From positions 9,818,101 through 9,882,100 of the forward strand of contig NC_092677.1 in the NCBI RefSeq assembly GCF_964355755.1: a stretch of 64,000 nucleotides of DNA, written 5' to 3'. The position numbers and the translations under genes were made by a program. This stretch comes from Antedon mediterranea. Taxonomy: Eukaryota; Animalia; Echinodermata. Shown one piece after another: positions 52,518 to 64,000 of the stretch; position 1 is the stretch's first letter, and every line of letters starts with the position of its first letter. The notes beneath the pieces were generated by a model that saw only the letters and a list, made by a program, of their open reading frames with translations, had not been told where the DNA came from and ran no database searches.

Positions 52518-53371
52518 GGGCCTGTTTCTATTGAAAAATAAAAAAAGAACGGTTTTTTGGAAACCGGTTTCGGTTGTTGTTTATAAATAAAGATCGCGTT
52601 GCAGCTCAATTTTTACTCCAATAAAACCGGTTCCGTCCATGTGCGTTCGTTATGAATGACGTCATTATATACACCACAATGCAGTTCGTTAGGCGGAAGC
52701 GCGATTTGATCGAGGTCATGTTTACTTTTTTTCGCATAGCGCGATCCCCAAGAAATAGCATCCATTTCATAATAGAAGGGGGAATTATACCTGAAACGTT
52801 ATTGTGGTCCTTGGTTAAAGTATAGGTACGTCGCACCCTCTGATATTGTCAAGTTGAACTCGTCTATTTTTCACACGCTTTACAATATTCTTAAAAACAT
52901 GTAGGCGCGGCCTATAATACGTGAGTCTTTCTTCCGACTCCCGACAAGTCCCCTCATCTTCTTTCCTTCACATATTTTTTACGAACCTCGTAATGGCATC
53001 GGTCAACATTTTTTATTTAAATAAAATACTCACTATCTAGAGAAATAAAAATGACTTAGGCCTAGGTCCTATCGCGCGAGTTTGACTGCGAGTTGACCGC
53101 AATCATCCCAGTGCAGCAGACTGCAGAGTTCAGTTTTTGGGGTCAAATTGAGACCGCGATTGTGTTGCAGCTAAAAATTGCTCCGCGGAAACCGGTTTCA
53201 GAACGGTTCTTTGCGATCGAGACCGCAATCAATTGGGGTTTTTGAAACCGTTTTTAAGATCGGTTCTTTTTTGTGGTTTTTTGTGGGGACCCATTTCTGC
53301 TGGCAAGAAAAAACGGTTCTTGAAAAGAACGGTATTCAAAACCGTATTCTCTGCTCTATAGAAACAGGCCC
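52518..53371. mobile_element. PIF/Harbinger non-autonomous element, 854 bp
   Basis: TIR GGGCCTGTTTCTAT / ATAGAAACAGGCCC; TAA TSD on both sides. Confidence 0.88.
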
Positions 53372-54996
53372 TAAGTAATTTGATATCTGCATTTAAGTTT
53401 CCTTAAAATGTTGATCTTTACTTCGTTCTGTTCCTGTTTAATACAACTACATAGAACTTGTGGGAGTCTACATTCATATGCAGGGGCCTCAGTACTACGG
53501 AACGTCTGTAATACTAAGGAAAACCTACAAAAGTGGAAGATAAATAGTGCAGCAGTCCAGTACATAGAAACTACGCAAAATTATGATTTTGGCCTAAAAT
53601 GTTTAATATATGTATATATCTACCTATTACCAAGCTTTTTTAGGAGGTTTTTGAGCGAAAAAGTCTTTCTGAAACGACCAATAACCAATTAATTTCTTTT
53701 TGCCAATTATTGTTAATCATATGATTACTGTAATGTTGAAATTCTCTATGGAGATTCTAAATAATTACTCGATCACATTTCTAATAGAATTGAGAGAGAA
53801 AAATGTGGTTTGTTAAAGGTACAACATTGACGTAGACTATGTCAAAAGGTCAGAAGCAGGTCAATAGCTAATGACTTTATTGCGTAAATAAACAATATGT
53901 CATGATATATTAATTTATTTTTCCAATGATTTAATAGAAATCCCAGTATGGCTTCAAAGATAAACTTGCTCTGTCTTGAGGGAGTAGAGATGAGCTGAAG
54001 GAAGAGGATATAGGTGCGGCTAGTCTAATTCTTAGGGCAGTCTAACCTTATGGGAATTCAAGTTCACAAGGGATGTAAAATTGGGGATTTTTTCTACATG
54101 GGCGTTGACAGGATTTGGTGGGAGTGGGTTCAAAATTGGGTCATAGTAAATTTCATTTTAATTTTATTTCGGATACGAAGTTACAAAATCAATTGCATAC
54201 ATGAATTATTTGGAAATTAATTTTCATTTTGATATAGTCTGACGAAATATTAGTTCATTATTTTATTTTAGCTTTCAAAAGTGGGGGGGGGGGGGGCGTG
54301 CTCTGAGCTCTATCCCTGTATCCTCCCTCCCCCCCCCTTTTTTTTTTGTAAGAAGGGGTTGATTATTTTCACATTTCTAATTAACCATTTTGTATCATTG
54401 TGTCATATTTTGGTAAAGTAATCAAGTTAATAATAGCAGCTATTAGGTTTAGGAACAAAACTATGATGAGTGCACTTAACAACACAACAACAATTTACAA
54501 ACAACGGGTCATTAATTTATGACCAACAAATTTACCCTTCCCCTCTCTACATGCCACCCTTCAATCCTGTGCTAAAGTCATTATTCTTTATTAGTAACAA
54601 TAATTACACTACTGAATGTTTTTCCCAGTCACAAACAAATGCATGTTTAAGGTAGCGTGTCGTAGAAGTACATGGTCCGTTGTGCGACTAATTGTGCGTA
54701 CCATTGCCTAATGACCGAATACATGTTAAAAAACAATTTTATGTCAGTCGAACAGACTTTTTTTTATGTGTAATTGTAGTAATTATGCAGCAGTATGATA
54801 AATTACATTTTCATAGCAGTTTCACTTCTGATAATTTTTTTTATTTTACTTCATATCAAAGGAAATATGACAGGGGTTATTATATTTCAATATAACATGC
54901 TATTATATCTCAATTAATTTTTTTTTTTAAGTCAGTGGGTTATAAGAGTAATGTATTTCTGCTACTTAATAATCGTACATCATAAAAGTCGATCCC

Positions 54997-55445
54997 TAGG
55001 GTTGTCCACTGTATAGGGTGTCCACTGAATAGTGATGTCCCCTGCATAGGAGTTTAGGGTTGTCCACTGAATGGGGGTGTCCACTGTATAGGGATGTCCA
55101 CTGAATAGGGGTGTCCACTGTATAGGGATGTCACCTTAATAGTGGTGTCCCCTGTATAGGGATGTCACCTTAATAAGGTTGTCCCCTGAATAGGGTTATC
55201 CCTTGAATAGGGGTATCCCTTGAATAGGGGTATCCCCTCTGCATAGGGACGACCACTGAATAGGAGTGTCACCTCTGCATAGGGAAGTCCACTGAATAGG
55301 GGTGTCCCCTGCATAGGGACGTCTACTGAATATGGGTGTACCCTGCATAGGGACACCACAGAATGGGGGTGTTCCTTGCATATGGATGTACACTGAAGAG
55401 GGATGTCGCATGATTAGCGGTGTCTCCTGCATAAGGGTGTCCTAT
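54997..55445. repeat. ~20-bp degenerate minisatellite (AGGGGTGTCC(A/C)CTG(A/C/T)AT)
   Basis: About 20 diverged tandem units. Confidence 0.9.
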
Positions 55446-56704
55446 ATTGTCTTATATTATTACAGATATTTTCTATACACAACATAGTTTAGTATTCAGT
55501 GTTTTTGCTTTTAATATAGTATAATATTCTCTAGAACATAAGGAAAATCATTTGTTTTGTTCCTTGCTAATTGTTATCTCTTTTCCAACTGGTGCTTTAT
55601 AAATTAAGTACTATCTCTGTTTAAGGAAAAGCATTACAAATTCTTGTAATGGATTATTACAAGAGTGGTAAAGTAATTAGTGGATACAACTCATTATTGT
55701 CAAAATAGACTACAAAAATAAAAGAGGAAAACAGGTTCCAAAGAAAACATGGTGAAATAAAGTGTAAATAATCTTTATTTAAGAAAAACCTATATATATT
55801 TCATATTTCATATTTAAAGGGCAAATAAAATTGTTACAAAAAATTTTTATTGCTTTTATATTTTATTTACTGAAAATTTTGGATACATTTGCGTGCACAC
55901 AAAATGCTGATGCATTTCATGCAATTAAGAGGATGTATTAAGAGGATGTATTCTATGCATGAATATGTGAATATTTTGGGTGTATTGGAACATTTTGAAA
56001 ATCATTAAAACTCTATTTGATATAATAATTGAAGCCCCTAAATTAAACTGTGTTTATATACCAACAAAATTAGAGGAACTATTAGCCTGACATACTGTTT
56101 GTTAGCTCTGCTACCATATGTAAACTATGAAATGTTTTTTAATGTCTTTGGCGGAATAATAGGATAAAAGTCCAGATGGTATTTCTGGCTTGATGATACT
56201 ACTAATGATTATCGTGAACAGATGGCAAATAGGACTTTATTTCATGGCTTCATTTACTTTTTCAACTGTTTCCAGTCTGGGTGGAACCAAAGAAAAGTAG
56301 GAAAGAAGTGTCCGGAACTGTAATACCATTTATATAGCAATTACTAGAGATAATGGATTAAAACCATGTTTTTGTATTTCTGTGCTTGTCAAACCAGATC
56401 TCATGTGGGGCCTATGGTTCATTGATTGCATTGTGACCCTACACGCAGTATAAATAATATTTAACCATGAGAGATAATAATAGTTCATCCCTATGGTTTA
56501 ACTGTAGTCAACAAGGCTGTAGGATTTCTTTTATTCTTAAAGGTTAGTTGGGCCCATTTACGATCACCACTGCTATAGTTACTTGTTTGAATAGGACACT
56601 CTCGAAACCCCCTGGTTATGATCTTGGTGTTGCATTTAAATGCATTCAGTTCTACCTAGTACTGTAGGCCTACTTCTATATAATAGCAGAACATTTTTTG
56701 ATAG

Positions 56705-56828
56705 CAGGGCCGTAGCCACGACCAGTATGGTTGGTAAGGTTTCAACCTGACCACTTTTTCGCAGAAGTCTTTGCACAGAGGATTATTCCCTCTTGTTGCA
56801 ACAACTGAACCTCGTAGCTACGGCACTG
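56705..56828. mobile_element. 124-bp MITE with 5-bp TSD (hAT-like CAG..CTG ends)
   Basis: TIR CAGGGCCGTAGC / GCTACGGCACTG (11/12 match); GATAG directly flanks both ends. Confidence 0.7.
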
Positions 56829-57274
56829 GATAGTACTGATTATATTCTGAAGATACACATGTGAAACAAAATGTTTAATTTTGAAATTTGAAGTACGACT
56901 GTGCAACAACTACGGTATGTTTGCTATTTTTCCTCAAACTTTACGTGTCATATTTGACAGGGATTTTCCTATTCACAATTTTATCTAAAACTCATTAAGA
57001 TAAATCCGCATGATATTACTATTTCTGCGGTATTCTGGACAATTAATCTTTTGTTCTGGGATCAATTGTGCATTTCCGTGTTTCCTAACCTGCCATTTGT
57101 TGAGGAAACAATTAATTTACAAAGTTCCTTTTTTATTGTATCTATGTATAGTTGGTAACGGAACAGATGAAAGTTTATCTCCAAGTACATCCTGTTAAAT
57201 ATTATAATGATATCAACAAATTTTTTACAATTATTGGAAATAGAAGAATCGTTGACCCTTCTTTTCAGACATCT

Positions 57275-57446
57275 ATTCGGGGGACAAACCTATAAGGGGA
57301 CACTTCCACCTTGAAATGAATGAGGGGCAATACAGTTTTAACACTACGACAAACCCCTGTTTAGGGGATACCCTATTTATTATGGAGACACCACTATGGG
57401 ACACTATTGAGTCCTGTGTGTGTCCCTTAAAATTGGTTCTAATGTA
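57275..57446. mobile_element. Degenerate Tc1/mariner-like MITE
   Basis: Repeated AGGGGA(C/T)AC motifs; ends GTGTCCCTTAAAATTGGTTCTAATG|TA. Confidence 0.4.
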
Positions 57447-57575
57447 GTATGATACTAGGCAGACTTGGCCTAGTATGATACTAGGCAGACTTGGCCTAGT
57501 ATGATACTAGGCAGACTTGGCCTAGTATGATACTAGGCAGACTTGGCCTAGTATGATACTAGGCAGACTTGGCCT
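57445..57575. repeat. 26-bp perfect tandem repeat x5 (TAGTATGATACTAGGCAGACTTGGCC)
   Basis: Five identical copies with no spacers. Confidence 0.96.
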
Positions 57576-58074
57576 CAGTAGGTGTAGTTATAGGATAGCT
57601 CTTACTGTAATTACATGTATCGTTACCTTCCCGAAAGAGTCACTTGCATACAAACCAAATGGGGTGGTGCAGCAACACTTTGAGACATGCGGCACTTGCG
57701 CTACATGTTTTACTGAACCCCAACGTTACTTTTTTTGGAAGACTTTTTAGTAACAGTTCCTAATATAATATGAAGTGATAAGATAAAACCTGAACTGTTA
57801 CCACAATGACAAAAGAATCATGTCAATTATTACTGTCATCTTTCCTGATGGTTATTGCTGCTTACATTTCTTCCATGTTTCTGATATTGATAAGCAAGTC
57901 AAATACCAAGGTATTTCCACAAAGCCAAGGAATCGTGTCAATTATTATTGTGTCATCCTTCCGGCTAATTAGCCAACTAAGTGCCTACTAATAATTTAAC
58001 ACATGTGGTAAAATGTCAGGCTGCAAGTGAAGTCAAGGCTAATTGGTTATACATATTAAAGATGCACATACTGT

Positions 58075-58423
58075 GGGTCCTGTTTCTGCTGCAAAAATAT
58101 AACCAGTTGATAACTCTGTGAATGAATTAATTACCCCATTTATTTGTCAGCAGAAACAGGACAAATTTTCAGTAATTAAATGGAATCCTGAACTAACGAT
58201 TAAAATGACCCGGCTGGTTATTGCTCTGCCATAATTGAATTGACTGCCATACCCAATTGCATTTTGGGTACTGTTAATGATTTCCGTCAATGACCACCCA
58301 CTGATTTAAATTGTTATTTAGGAGTATAAATTGAGCTCAAATGCAGTCGATATAAAAATTATATTTTAAATCTATTTTGAAATAAACGGTTTATTCGGCA
58401 CTATATGTAGTAGAAACAGACCC
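58075..58423. mobile_element. Diverged Harbinger-type MITE related to 61085-61857
   Basis: GGGTCCTGTTTCTGCTGCA ... TGTAGTAGAAACAGACCC; internal CAGCAGAAACAGG copy at ~58148. Confidence 0.65.
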
Positions 58424-59022
58424 ATACTGTGAGAAGAAAAAAGGTGTCGTTTGAGTGTTGGTGGTTTTGAAATTGTAATTACTCTACTGCATAGTTGACC
58501 CAATTTTCAAAGCCCTTTCATTTTAAAACGGAATGAATATAATTATGGTTATTTTTTATGTCTTATTCATAACAAAATCATCATCTTCCATAAGTCTGGC
58601 TCTTGTCCTACAATATTTAGTTATTTATAATACTTTTATAACATGTGCATTTAAAAATCTCTCTTTAAATCATTAACGAGATTCGCACATGTATGCGAGT
58701 TGGATTTCATATTCTGTTATTTTCATCAAGAGTTCAGTGCAATCTAAAGAGGAGACAATTTGACTGATATATACTGAGGAAGTAAGTAGAATCTACTTGC
58801 GAGTTTATCGGGCTAAAGGCTTTATCATTAGAAGGGGCGCACCCGTTGTTATTATATTGTTTTATAAAGAGGATGTTTTTCGTTTTATACTGCATTTGTA
58901 AATGCATTAAATAATAAGCACTTATTTATCTATGTTAGAGGTACGCTAAGTCTATTTGTTACTCATTTAGAAATCTGCTATTCACTACATGCTGTACAAA
59001 AGTGAAATGCTTAAATTTATTT

Positions 59023-59259
59023 GTGATGGTGAGTCCCGTGTTCTCTGAACGTAGGGGAATGAGCTGTTAGGAGCTCATTGTACTAAGCCTCGGCATTATG
59101 TGGTAGGGTCGTAGCCAGTTCCTTTCCATGCCGCCTTTTTTCTCCCTAGTATTTTCAACCAGGTACTCATTTACAGCTGAGTAGACTGGGAGTCCTGAAT
59201 TGAAGCCGGGTCTATCTGTATAACAGTCAAGTGTCCTCACCGCTCGGCTATCCAACTCC
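59023..59259 (-). mobile_element. tRNA-derived SINE with Nin/Deu-like central domain
   Basis: Minus strand: A box TAGCCGAGCGG, B-box-like GGCTTCAATTC, then CCCAGTCTACTCAGCTGTAAATGAGTACCTG, resembling the Nin/Deu conserved core. Confidence 0.75.
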
Positions 59260-59372
59260 TGGGATTTGTAATAATATAAATTAACTCCAAAAATAAAGTG
59301 AGGCAAGTCATTATGATTCAATATGGTGGTACTGTACCTATAAATATGTCACTCACAGTGTGTAAGTAATAT

Positions 59373-59405
59373 CATGGAGGAAATATACAGTATATTTCCT
59401 CCATG
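59373..59405. mobile_element. 33-bp palindromic mini-element/footprint (16-bp arms) with 7-bp TSD-like flanks
   Basis: CATGGAGGAAATATAC-A-GTATATTTCCTCCATG; flanks GTAATAT / TTAATAT. Confidence 0.6.
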
Positions 59406-60251
59406 TTAATATGAAGATGAACAAATAAAGTTCAAAATATTTAGTGGACCCTTTGCGAATTTCAAAAATTCATTTGAAAATATCTTTTATATTGCACATA
59501 TCACATTGTGGTTTTTGGATTGGATGTAAATTTAAACCTTTTTTTTACCATATATCTTTCCCAAAATTTGCTATTATAGTTCTTAGTGCCATAATTATAA
59601 AATGCAACACTATCTGAAATCTGCCAAATTTACCTGGACTATCTAAATTTAGATTTCAAAATTGTAATATTAATTAACTACAGTACTTTTGTTTTAGTTT
59701 AAATCCTGATTGTATGTACATTTTTTGTATAGTATACCCCTATGGAATAATGGATCAGTCCTGCAAATATATCAGGCATGTCTGTATTGATTGTAATGTA
59801 TTTATTTATGTCAGTGTAATAAGCAAGGCATACACTCGTATTCTAACACAAACTAATGCATGGATAATATTTATTGTATGTTGGGAACTACTAAGAGATG
59901 GTAAGTGGGTAAAGAGATAGTGTAGGCTATAAGAAATGGATTGTTCATTGTATGAAAAAGCCTTGTACAAACGAATGAAGTGAAATGACAGTTGATGTGT
60001 CTTGTATGTTATAGTAGTAGTAGGTAGGTAGGCAAGGCTGTTACATTACAACAAAAGTAACCTAATCTATAACAACCTACACAATATACGTTATCAGCTA
60101 AGTTTCATTGATATTTCAGAATAGGATATTTATTGATATGTTGGGCTGATAGTAAACACTTGTATTATATATATTTTTACTCTGGTAATTGTGCGCACTG
60201 TAATTTTACAGTAACAATGGTACAGACAGCAGAAGAACAGTGTCGTAAACA

Positions 60252-60342
60252 CAGTGGGCAAAGGCTGGATAGATGCTCTGGGCCTGTTAAGCTCAGGGGC
60301 CTCGGGTTTACCCAGTGAGCGCTCATAGCCGTTACGCCACTG
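60252..60342. mobile_element. Short CAGTGGCGT-type MITE remnant, homologous to the 110-bp tandem unit
   Basis: GGGTTTACCCAGTGAGCGCTCATAGCCGTTACGCCACTG matches the 15.4-16.0 kb unit; degenerate left TIR CAGTGGGCAAAGGCT. Confidence 0.6.
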
Positions 60343-61084
60343 CTGCTGATAAAGTATAATAAGATATGATTACACTATATGTCTTGTTTACATGTTTTTT
60401 TCTTACGGGATGTAGGCAATGTTACGTTTTAACTTGTTCTCTGTTTAAATGTGGGTTAACGTTTCATCGGATGTTACCTCTGAAAATGTTGAATGGGAGT
60501 ACATCAGAGTTATATCGGAGTCAAAGATACAAGGGTATAAAGAGAGTTGTATGCTGATTTAAATCGTGTGCATATCAACACAGCTAATGATATAGGTAAA
60601 CATTATGAAAATAATTACTTGGAACCAACAGCGTAAAGTCTATTTCAAAAGCATTAGCAACTGTATTCAGAATCATCACTAAACTATGCTACATTAATTC
60701 TGTAATTTCTGATTTAATACCATAAAATGTTATTCCTGTATTATGGATGTAAATGCCTACTTGACCTAATTTCCCATAAGCTTGATTAGTTAATAAACAG
60801 CTTGATAGGTGGTAAGAAGAGGCACAGTTAAACGTTGAGATTTATGTCATAATATAATCCTGTATTTCTAAATTTATTCATGCTATAAATATTTTAGTAG
60901 TGTTGTTATAATCGCGCCCTGGGATAATAAGCAGCCCTAATGTTGAGTAATTTTCATGGAAGTAGGGCGACCTACTAATTTGTTTCTTGGTTCATACCAA
61001 ACTTGACCCATCTTTGTTTGCTTTAGGGATCATGTCAAAATTATTTGCTGCAGTAACTTTTTATTTGTTTAATGAAGTCAGTAA

Positions 61085-61857
61085 GGGCCTGTTTCTGCTG
61101 CAACTGCTCAAAATACGGTATAAAAATATGGTATTTTTTATACCGTATTTTTTAGTACCCCGTTTCTGCTAACAATACTTCTTGGGTGGTCGTGTTAAAT
61201 TTCATCTTTTTTACCCAAATTGCCATTCATTTATTTGATCGATAATTAAAAGTCGCAATAGAGGAAGTTTTACGTCTCACTTTCAACAGCCTAGCCCTAG
61301 TGAAAGAGATGTTGTGAGAGCACAGAAAACATCGTAATGGGGACAATTAATTCGTTCCAAGTTCCCCGAGTTATTGTATTTTGCAATGTTGTACTGCTTT
61401 CGCAGGCTCTTCAGCTTTGAGTTTACTTGCTTTGGAGACAAGTCTATTCCATACTCCTGCTTTATTTTTTTAGAAATGTTTTTATAAATGTGGTTGTCCC
61501 TTTTATTACCTTTTAGTTGGCCAGACATTTTAGCTTCCCCACACACATTTATTTAGTAAAACTGTGACGTCTTCGCTCCACATTTTCGCCGAATATATCT
61601 ATACACGTGTGTAAAGCAGCTGACAGCGACAGAAAATAAAAACACGAATGTTGACCTTTTGTCATGTAAAAAAAAATACGGTATTTTTTATTGGCAGCAG
61701 AAACGGGTACAAAAATTTTGTGGGGAAAATACGGTATACAAAATACGGTATATTTTTTATGAGCGCAGTTTCTGCTGCCAAAAATATACCGTATATATAC
61801 GGTATTCAAAAAATACCCTATAATATACAGTATTTAGTTGGCAGCAGAAACAGGGCC
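61085..61857 (-). mobile_element. PIF/Harbinger deletion derivative, 773 bp
   Basis: TIR GGGCCTGTTTCTGCTGC / GCAGCAGAAACAGGGCC; TAA TSD; subterminal AAAATACGGTA repeats; internal Myb/SANT relic. Confidence 0.88.
61283..61583 (-). pseudogene. Harbinger-associated Myb/SANT-like (trihelix) DNA-binding protein relic
   Basis: MWSEDVTVLLNKCVWG, then a frameshift, then EAKMSGQLKGNKRDNHIYKNISKKIKQEYGIDLSPKQVNSKLKSLRKQY..CPHYD; typical Myb/SANT-like pattern inside Harbinger TIRs. Confidence 0.8.
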
Positions 61858-63830
61858 TAAGACAGAAATAAAAACTTCTTAAATAATTGCATATCACTCG
61901 TGTCGTCTTTGACATCGAAAACTTGGTTTACGCTAGGATGCAACACGAGGATGTACGTAGTACATTTTGACCTATCGCAAATTACTTCAGATGACCCTTG
62001 ATTTTGAAATGACTTGTGTTGTGTCCTAATTGAAACCCAGCTTTCTGGTTGTTGTCATTATCATTGGTTGATTGTGTCATCTGTAATCATCAGTTTTGGT
62101 CACATCATTATCAAAATTATTATCGTCGTCATCTCCATCAGTCATTATTGTCATATATAATGTTGCTTTAAAAAGCCTAGTAAACCATGCCATCTGGTCT
62201 CTGTTTGTTCTATTCAATTTCTATTGTTCTTGCTTGTTTAATATTTTCTCATCATATCATGATGATGAGGAACTCGTTGACCATTCTGTAATGCAATTGC
62301 AAGAACATCGGCGAAGTAAAGACTGTTTGCTTTTCGGTGAATGATTGACGCAAGATGTTTCAAATCTGTTGTTTGGCAGCAAGCCGGTGTTAACAATTAC
62401 TTTTAATCTTGATCAAATAAAACGTAAACGTGAAGATTTGTGACGGGTAGTGTGACGAACATGTCATTAACATCTTACGTGAGGCTGGTAGCGAGAAATT
62501 CTGAACAGGTGATTGTCGTTAATTCACAGCCTACTTAGAGGGCTTTTTAATGTAAAGTGATTACTATTTCCACTAAGCATTTGGCACATGCAGCTGTTCA
62601 GATTCAACACGATATATGTGCACCAAGTTTTCCGTGCTCTGAAGATTATCATAAATTTTCTTGCTTGTGCAGTAGTACGATGTGTGGAGGTTCTCATGAA
62701 TTTGTTAACGACAACTGATGTAGGACATGTTGAGCTTTTGCTGCTTGCTTGCAAAGTTTGTTTCAAAATTCAACATATTTACCATAGACGGTAGAACATA
62801 CAGATTTCAATAATACGTCCGCGAACTAATATATCATTCTTGGAACATACTATTCGCTTCATCACGATATTGACAGTTGACTCCAATAATTTGCTAGACT
62901 TGATTGGAATTTTTGTGTGGCTTCATAGTTTGTCTCCAGGTTAACAAGACTGATATTTTGTGTGTTTCCAAATTGATTTTTATTTTTGTCTACAATTCTG
63001 TGTGTTTGATTGCGGACATTTTTTACCGGTATGTGATTTTAACTTTGTCTTCAAACTTGCTATTAAGGCATTACTATTATATATAATAGTAAAATTATAA
63101 TTAAAATATTGTGAAATGAAATGAATAATTAGTAAATGTTTTAGATTTGTGCACATCTTTAGAATACGCTGTGCTGAACACGCTTGCAATGCAGGCTTAC
63201 AGATGGGCAAATGTAAGCTGTGATTATGTTATAATTGACCCTCTAGTCAATATACAGTACTGGTATATACTCTATGCTAAAGTATGAATGGCAGCTTTTT
63301 GTGGCAGTATTAGCTTTCCAGGACTAAAATGACCATTATTGGTATTCTGATTTATAAAAAAAAAATCTGTAAGCAAAGTTTTATCATGCATTTTATTTTA
63401 CATTTGACATAAAATTTTCCAGGGTTGCGTCTACAAGAAACGCCATAACATGTGTGCAGCAAACTCTCGTGTCGAGGTCAATTGAATAGTTAATAACAAT
63501 TAGATTAGCACTTTATATATCTGATCATTTTATTAATATCAGTGAGCCAAAAAAAGAAATTAGTCATCATTTAAGGGGAGTCATCATAATCTTATGATTA
63601 ATAACATAGAAATTATATAATTTGATTGATTATGGAGACGTTAAATTGATCGTAGATCACTGTGTGAGACTGATAACGTGTTAAAAATATCAAAATTACA
63701 AAAAAAAAACACGAGGTGAACTCAGAGTAATAAGTCAACACACGGTGGCATCCCAACTCCTTTAGTATTGTAAATGGTACGCTTAAAGTTTAGTACATTT
63801 TGCTTTAGCTGAACCTTTCTCCCTGTCTCT

Positions 63831-63872
63831 CACCCTGCCTCCAACTATCCCACCCTGCCTCCAACTATCCCT
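63831..63872. repeat. 20-bp tandem duplication (CACCCTGCCTCCAACTATCC) x2
   Basis: Direct copies. Confidence 0.85.
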
Positions 63873-64000
63873 CCCTACCTCTACCATAGAGATATTATCC
63901 CTCCCCAATTGATTATATGTGAAGTCCTCCTGGATTAAGGTTGAAATTAGATAGGTTAAACAATAACAAGTAATTGCTAGCAATGTTGTTTTTTTGTTGA

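Noticed and set aside
54282-54296. Poly-G / poly-C tracts (also ~2148-2161 and ~23945-23960) as G-quadruplex elements
   Set aside because: Simple homopolymers, common in such genomes; no further support.
55165-55432. Repetitive ORFs containing RGD motifs
   Set aside because: Translation of the 20-bp minisatellite.
57445-57575. CRISPR-like 26-bp repeats
   Set aside because: Head-to-tail copies with no spacers.
62096-63210. Cluster of short ORFs suggesting a gene
   Set aside because: Overlapping short ORFs on both strands with no recognisable motif or consistent splice structure.

Overview
AT-rich, gene-poor eukaryotic DNA, probably from a marine invertebrate (spliceosomal introns, a Nin/Deu-type SINE, metazoan DNA transposon superfamilies). 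It reads as a large intron or intergenic region, and no host protein-coding gene can be identified with confidence. Most ORFs in the track are random or come from repeats. Recognisable content: (1) a 3.3-kb decayed AcademX transposon (TAG..CTA ends, TAA TSD) carrying an intron-containing XPG-nuclease/Cys8 pseudogene, whose ~750-bp inverted arms include an antisense copy of the gene's own 3' end; (2) three near-identical 626-bp Kolobok-type MITEs, two of which form a 1.4-kb inverted pair; (3) PIF/Harbinger MITEs, one with a Myb/SANT relic, plus a ~150-bp MITE family with at least 7 copies; (4) tRNA-derived SINEs; (5) many minisatellites, several apparently derived from transposon ends; (6) three 27-33 bp CAT..ATG inverted-repeat inserts with 7-bp TSD-like flanks that resemble P-element excision footprints; (7) speculative host-gene signals (candidate exons, AG|GT recursive-splice-like sites, apparent CACCTG E-box excess). 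All coordinates and counts were read by eye.
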